64,000 bases of DNA, taken from assembly GCA_022605425.2 (NCBI GenBank), contig JAKIMF020000001.1, positions 2,046,001-2,110,000 on the forward strand, read 5' to 3'. The translations under genes and the position numbers were made by a program. The stretch comes from Hamiltosporidium tvaerminnensis FI-OER-3-3. Taxonomy: Eukaryota > Fungi > Microsporidia. Below are positions 58,531 to 64,000 of the stretch, piece by piece; within the stretch, counting starts at the first letter, position 1; each line of letters opens with the position of its first letter. The notes below the pieces were generated by a model that did not search any database, was not told the origin of the DNA, and was given only the letters and a program-made list of their open reading frames with translations.

Positions 58531-58800
58531 ATTTTTTTTAATTCTTTGTTTTTTTTATTCTCCTGTACTTCTCTTAGCTCCTAACTAATTTATAATTTAT
58601 AACTTAAAAAATATTTTAACCCTGAATTTATTTTAAAAATTAAATAAAATATTTTTATTAAAATACTCAACCCTTATCCTAATATACTTACCCTTAATAT
58701 CCTTAGTCTACTACCTCCACCTAAGTATCTCTACTTTAATATCTCTACTTTATTTAATATCTACTTTAATATCCTATACCCCTACTTACCATTATCCTTA

Positions 58801-58841
58801 CCCTACTACCCCCTACTTACCCTACTACCCCCTACTTACCC
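58801..58841 (-). promoter_or_regulatory. Potential G-quadruplex (five G-tracts) built from a 19-bp tandem duplication, 10 nt downstream of the RPA1 stop
   Basis: Minus strand GGGTAAGTAGGGGGTAGTAGGGTAAGTAGGGGGTAGTAGGG. Confidence 0.6.
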
Positions 58842-58851
58842 TTAACTATCT

Positions 58852-60774
58852 CTACTTAACCATGCTTCTCTCAATAATAGAAAGCATTTTTCTTATTTCC
58901 TTTCCACATTCTAAATTCTCAGTATTTAAAACATTATATCTAACACGAGACTCATTATTATAAATTTCTTCTTTTCTTTTAATTTTATAATAAAATTCTT
59001 TATAATAAAGTCCTTTCACAATATTTTGAAGATGTGTAGGACTTTCATCTCCCAAATTCTTTAAATCTTTAGCAGAAATACCAAAAATACGTGTGGCTGC
59101 TTCATCAAACAAAGTAAGCCACAACTGTCCAGTAAAATCACCTACATGTACACTTATCATATACCTGACATTACAATCATCATAAATTTTATTACATTTC
59201 TCACATCTATATCCTCCATTATCTTCCAACACAACTTTTTTATTGCATTGGTCTCCTATACAAGAATTATACCATAAAGAATCTTCTTTAATAAACATTA
59301 TTGTACCACAAATTAAAGAATATTCTAATTCGTAATCTTTAACTTCACAAATCAATTTTCTTTCTTCTTCTCTTTTTATTTTTACTTCTTTTCCATACAA
59401 ATCATACCAACCTTTCAAAGAAAAAGATTCTTCTAAATCTGGATTTATAAATATTAAAGAAGTAGAAATTGTAGATAAATTTATACCGTTAAATTCTGAT
59501 GACTTTACACCTTTAAGTGCTATAATATTTCCTATTTCAAGATTTTCTTCAACAAATCGATTCCAAAGAGTTACTCGTATTGTAGATGTCTTATCAATAA
59601 TAAAAATATCTTTTTTTTTCATTTCTTTATTAAATTTTGTAGTTATTTTTGATGGTGGATAGGATTCTTTAATTATACCGATTACATCAAATATTTTGTT
59701 TGGTTCTGATATTTCAGAAATTGGAATAAAATTGTATGTAAGTGGTGGTTGTGGAATGTCTAAAGATAATTGGACAGAAGAGTTTTTATCCAAGTGTATT
59801 TCATAATCTGATGAGGTGTATTGTGAATTTGCCATTTTTATTGTTCCTTTTGAAATTTCAAATGTCTTGTTTTGTACAATTAACGGATAAAAAAGATCTA
59901 CGGAATCTGAAAAACAGACAATTTTTATTTGACCGCTGGTGTCTCGAAGTTCGAAAGAAAATAATTTTCCTTCTCCTCTTTGACTTGTAAAATGCTTGAT
60001 TTCAGATTTTACAGTTACAATTCCTTTGATCGTCCAACGAGCTGAATAAGGATTTAAAGCTGCAATTGGGGTTGCTTGTACACTTGAATCGTCTTTGGGA
60101 TTTGAAATTTTATTATTTTTTAAAGAATTTGTATTGGTTTGATAGGAGGAAGTTTGATTAGGAGAATTATTTTTTGAATTATTAGTTTGATTAGAAGAAT
60201 TATTATTTAGATAGGAGGAAGTTGGATTAGGAGAATTAGTTGGATTAGAAGAATTATTTTGATTAGAAGAATTGGTTTGGTAGGTGGAAGGTGATTCTTT
60301 TACATTTTCATCAAAATTTGGTGACATGGATGGTTCGTTAGAAATTTTTTTATTTTGTATAATATTACCATGTCTTATATTATCATCAAAATTGGAAGAA
60401 GATGGTTCATTGGATAATCTTTTACTTTGTATGGAAATAGGATTTCCAAGTCGAACGGCTGACATACCAACACGTTCCATTTCTAAAATATACATAAATG
60501 GAATTGTTCCTTTGAATTTAATTTTGAAATTATTAATTTGAACTAACGAATAATTTTTGATGGAATCGTTTTCAAAATTGGTGGCACAAGTGGAAGATAT
60601 CATGCCTTTTATTGAGTATTGTCCGTCTGATAGACTTATAATGTATCTGCTTTTTTCGTCTCCACTTCTTTTTGCTTTTTCAAAGTTTATTACTTGAAGG
60701 ATTGGTTTGGTAAATAATGGATGGTCTTCTTGGTTATTGAATATTGCTTCTACTGTTCCTATTTCTGGTTTCAT
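58852..60774 (-). CDS. RFA1: Replication protein A 70-kDa subunit
   Basis: N-terminal OB (LSDGQY), TPIAALNPYSARWTIKG, GEGKLFSFELRDTSGQI, VTLW, C4 zinc motif C..DQCNKKV..YRCEKC, DFTGQLWLTLF; CCC upstream. Confidence 0.97.
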   Translation of the reverse strand: MKPEIGTVEAIFNNQEDHPLFTKPILQVINFEKAKRSGDEKSRYIISLSDGQYSIKGMISSTCATNFENDSIKNYSLVQINNFKIKFKGTIPFMYILEMERVGMSAVRLGNPISIQSKRLSNEPSSSNFDDNIRHGNIIQNKKISNEPSMSPNFDENVKESPSTYQTNSSNQNNSSNPTNSPNPTSSYLNNNSSNQTNNSKNNSPNQTSSYQTNTNSLKNNKISNPKDDSSVQATPIAALNPYSARWTIKGIVTVKSEIKHFTSQRGEGKLFSFELRDTSGQIKIVCFSDSVDLFYPLIVQNKTFEISKGTIKMANSQYTSSDYEIHLDKNSSVQLSLDIPQPPLTYNFIPISEISEPNKIFDVIGIIKESYPPSKITTKFNKEMKKKDIFIIDKTSTIRVTLWNRFVEENLEIGNIIALKGVKSSEFNGINLSTISTSLIFINPDLEESFSLKGWYDLYGKEVKIKREEERKLICEVKDYELEYSLICGTIMFIKEDSLWYNSCIGDQCNKKVVLEDNGGYRCEKCNKIYDDCNVRYMISVHVGDFTGQLWLTLFDEAATRIFGISAKDLKNLGDESPTHLQNIVKGLYYKEFYYKIKRKEEIYNNESRVRYNVLNTENLECGKEIRKMLSIIERSMVK

Positions 60775-61140
60775 TTTTATGGGATTTTTTTTAATTTTTT
60801 TTATTTAAAAATCGGTTTTTTAAGAATTAATTTTTGGAAAAGTTTTTTTAAAAGGAATTGTTAAGGTGTTTAAAATAAATGTCAAAATGTTTTATATAGA
60901 AATATTTTAAGTGGGTATCTTAAATTTAATAAAAAGTATTTAGATAAAGAATTTTGATGGGTAAATTAAAAAGTAATTTACTGAAGACGGTTAGTAAGGA
61001 GTTTCAATTATAAGAAAGTGTTTAAAAAGAATTATTTAATTTAGTATTAGGTTTATAATAATATATTCGAAGATATAATTTTAATTAAATTAATATTTTA
61101 TAATATTGCAGAAAAAATAAGTAAATAAATTAAAAATTTT

Positions 61141-61485
61141 GATCTAGTACACATAAGTATAAATTCTAATACGTAATATTATAGAAAAGTAAATGAAATA
61201 TAAGATTTTGATCTAGTACACATAAGTATAAATTCTAATACGTAATATTATAGAAAAGTAAATGAAATATAAGATTTTGATCTAGTACACATAAGTATAA
61301 ATTCTAATACGTAATATTATAGAAAAGTAAATGAAATATAAGATTTAGATCTAGTACACATAAGTATAAATTCTAATACGTAATATTATAGAAAAGTAAA
61401 TGAAATATAAGATTTAGATCTAGTACACATAAGTATAAATCCCATTACGTAATATTATAGAAAAGTAAATGAAATATAAGATTTG
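61141..61485. repeat. Minisatellite, 5 x 69 bp
   Basis: GATCTAGTACACATAAGTATAAATTCTAATACGTAATATTATAGAAAAGTAAATGAAATATAAGATTT(T/A) starting at 61141, 61210, 61279, 61348 and 61417. Confidence 0.97.
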
Positions 61486-61555
61486 GAATCTGGTCTGTAA
61501 TAAGTGTAACAATTTATAATAATAAAGAATAAAATAATTAGAATTCTAAATAAAT

Positions 61556-61735
61556 TTATTTGTTCTTTGGAGTTTGAAATCTACCAAGAATTTTTTCTAA
61601 TATTCTTTCTGGTTCTTCTTCATTACTATTATTATTTGATTTCGCTTTCAAATTTGTATTATAGTACCAAACAAATGCCGTAAATACTAAAGCAAGGAAT
61701 AAAACAGAAAATAACATAATAACTTTTCTTTGCAT
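61556..61735 (-). CDS. 59-aa single-TM small ORF, or the C-terminal remnant of a decayed membrane-protein gene
   Basis: MQRKVIMLFSVLFLALVFTAFVWYYNTNLKAKSNNNSNEEEPERILEKILGRFQTPKNK*; shorter than any ORF in the track; no CCC motif. Confidence 0.35.
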   Translation of the reverse strand: MQRKVIMLFSVLFLALVFTAFVWYYNTNLKAKSNNNSNEEEPERILEKILGRFQTPKNK

Positions 61736-62622
61736 TTGACATTGCAGATTGCTTCTTTGAATATGTAAGTATGGTTTTAAATCAAAGTATCATATCTAAT
61801 CATTAAATAATTTATTTTATATTTTAATAGTTAATAGCAAAAATAAAATCTGAGTTCAAACAGTTTCAATGTAAATAACTGATCTTAATTAAATAATTTC
61901 TATTTATCAAATAATTTAATTATGAAATTAAACTAAACTTTAAGAAATTCAAAACTTATTTTAAAAACCAGTTAGAATATTAAATGTTTTAAATAATAAA
62001 TTGTTTATTAATTATTTAAATTTAAACTGAAAACTGGTCGAATAAAAATATAATTGATATTTATAAATTTAGAATCAAAAGGTAAATCCTATAGTTCCGA
62101 ATTACACCAGATTAAAAGAAACCGATGGAAAACTTTCATTTGTGCATCCTCGACACAGATATGTAGAAGAAAAATGGAATATGTAAGTAAGATTTTAAAT
62201 CGAGGAATTATATTGAATGCATAATTCATTTTGTATATTTTATGATTTATCTTGTCATTTTATGTTCGTTAGTTTATGTGTTGAAGTTGGCTTTGACTTT
62301 GATCTTATATTTTAGGTGTTTACTTCTTTGTTTATTTTATCTCTTTGCATTGTTTTCTGTTATATTGATTGCTAAATCAATAATAATTTATTTAATAATT
62401 ATATTTTCTATAGCTTTTTTGTACATTTTATTAATTTTTCTATGACATTATATATAATATAGATATTCATCTAATTATTCGAATATATAATTTCGGTGGC
62501 CTTAGAATAAAATTCTTTGCTTCAAAGAGTTTTCTCTTGTTCGTACTTGTGGCTTTCTAAAATGCATGAGCGGAATTTTTATTATTGCCCTCAGTTAAAA
62601 CCAACCTATAACCCAAATAAAA

Positions 62623-62953
62623 TTTATTTAATAAAATTCTGTGTTAAAATATTTTTTTTACCATTTTAATATATTTTCTTCCATCTATTTTACCACGGTT
62701 GTTTCTTCTCCTAAATCCGACTCTTCAGTTATGTTTATGGTCGGTTCCTCTAACGTGGTTCCTCCTTGTGAAATAAGAGGTGTATTATTTTTTGTTTTTA
62801 AAATTTTAACACCATCTTCATCTCTCTTCGCTTCTTTTAAAGGGAATGTTGGTTCCTCAAGCATCTCTGCTCTAATAACACCCATTGACGTTCTCTCCCA
62901 GCTCTCTTCGGCATTTAGTCCTGACTCAAGTCTTCTTCGTCGGTCAAAGGAAA
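62623..62953 (-). mobile_element. Short 5'-truncated R4/Dong-like copy with ~14-bp TSD
   Basis: Matches the last ~330 nt of the family; CTATAACC(C/T)AAATA at 62606-62619 and 62954-62967. Confidence 0.9.
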
Positions 62954-64000
62954 CTATAACCTAAATATATATTTAAATTACAATGCCATATTTGGAATTA
63001 AAATAAATTTCCAATATTCCTTTTATATCGAAGGTAATTTTTAGTATTATGATAATTTCGGCTTATATAAATCCCTCATCCACAAATTTTTAGATAAAAT
63101 AATCATACGATTTTTGTTTTTAACTTTGACAAAGCATATTTTTAGATTTTGACTTTAATTTCATAATATTCATTTTCAAAGATCTATGAAGCTAAATTTC
63201 TTCAAATTGTTTCACGAAATTTACCGGTTCAAAGCATAAAACTCAAAAATCAAAAACATATTAGATATATTCATTTTGAAGTATATATTTAAAATAACTC
63301 GGTGAAACTTCCGTAACATAGAAAATATGCCAGCATTTCTGAATGATCTTTATGTTTAAAAGGCTTGTTGTCACTGATATATCAAAGTCCAGATTTGTTT
63401 ACCACCTCATATTTCTCCTTTTAAGCCACTTTGAAAAGTAACTAACTATGAATAATTTTTTATTTCTAATTTTTTATAACTTTGAATGCAATTTAAAGTT
63501 TATTTTTATTCTATAAATAAAGTATTTTTATTAGTAATTTTTTTGAACACTAAGTTTTCCTATATTTGAACAGAGATGCCTTAGATAAATCAATTACAAA
63601 ACAAAAACTTATTTTATCTATAAGAACTAGTTTACGATTGAATAATATTTCCTTAATTTTTTTAAAAAAATATTGGTATAAAAGCATCTATTAATACCAA
63701 AATTTAACACATTTTCCTCTTTCTGACACAGAATTGGTTATAAAAACAAACCTTTCTTATAATTTATCAATAGATGGCCAAAATTCAACGTTGAATATTT
63801 CATAATATAACTCTTATGGAAATATTTAGTTTAAGTCATTGATATATATAAATATCCCAATCCATAGCTATTCTCTCGGGTAATGGATTAGACTTATTTA
63901 ATTATTTATTGCTTTACAGACCTTTTAATTTTTAAAATACATAAAAAAGAGACCGAAGAATCTTTTAATGCCAAATTTACCGAATGTTTGGAACATAAAG

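Noticed and set aside
58366-58841. Interstitial telomere (TTTAG and CCCTA-like repeats)
   Set aside because: No regular TTAGG/TTAGGG array; the tracts grade into other variants and lie between two genes
61141-61485. CRISPR-like array
   Set aside because: Units are contiguous and near-identical with no unique spacers; no cas genes; eukaryotic context
1074-62964. Numerous short ORF-track entries antisense to or overlapping genes and TEs (e.g. 8885, 29233, 36793, 50379, 62242, 62641)
   Set aside because: Shadow frames of real genes or TE copies, or AT-rich noise, often with TTG/GTG starts
1-64000. tRNA, rRNA or snRNA genes
   Set aside because: None recognised by eye; tRNAscan-SE/Infernal would be needed to exclude divergent ones

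Overview
AT-rich eukaryotic window, most consistent with a large-genome, repeat-rich microsporidian (inference). The evidence is divergent, compact housekeeping genes, CCC-like motifs just upstream of most start codons, tiny GT-AG introns and a Tim50-like gene. Recognisable genes: SERCA-type P2A ATPase, SPB4, UBA2, uL15/RPL28 (28-nt intron after the ATG), NIP7, an AGC/PKA-like pseudokinase, TIM50, RPC40, EME1/MMS4-like, PP2C (predicted 19-nt intron), importin-7/8-like and RPA1, plus lineage-specific ORFs and pseudogenes. The intergenic DNA is full of mobile elements. There is one near-intact R4/Dong-type (RT+RLE) retrotransposon with a 13-bp TSD, three truncated copies and four decayed copies. 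There are also RTE-clade LINE remnants (one with a decayed twister-ribozyme core at its 5' end), three copies of a ~235-bp bipartite RTE-derived non-autonomous element, a Tc1 remnant and a KRBA2/SCAND3-like integrase remnant. The most notable signals are the 19-nt intron, the twister-headed RTE with the RTE-derived SINE family, the catalytically dead PKA-like protein, a G-quadruplex motif directly behind the RPA1 stop codon, and a SUMO-site/NLS-like repeat inserted in UBA2. All calls come from reading the sequence and recalling family motifs; no searches were run.
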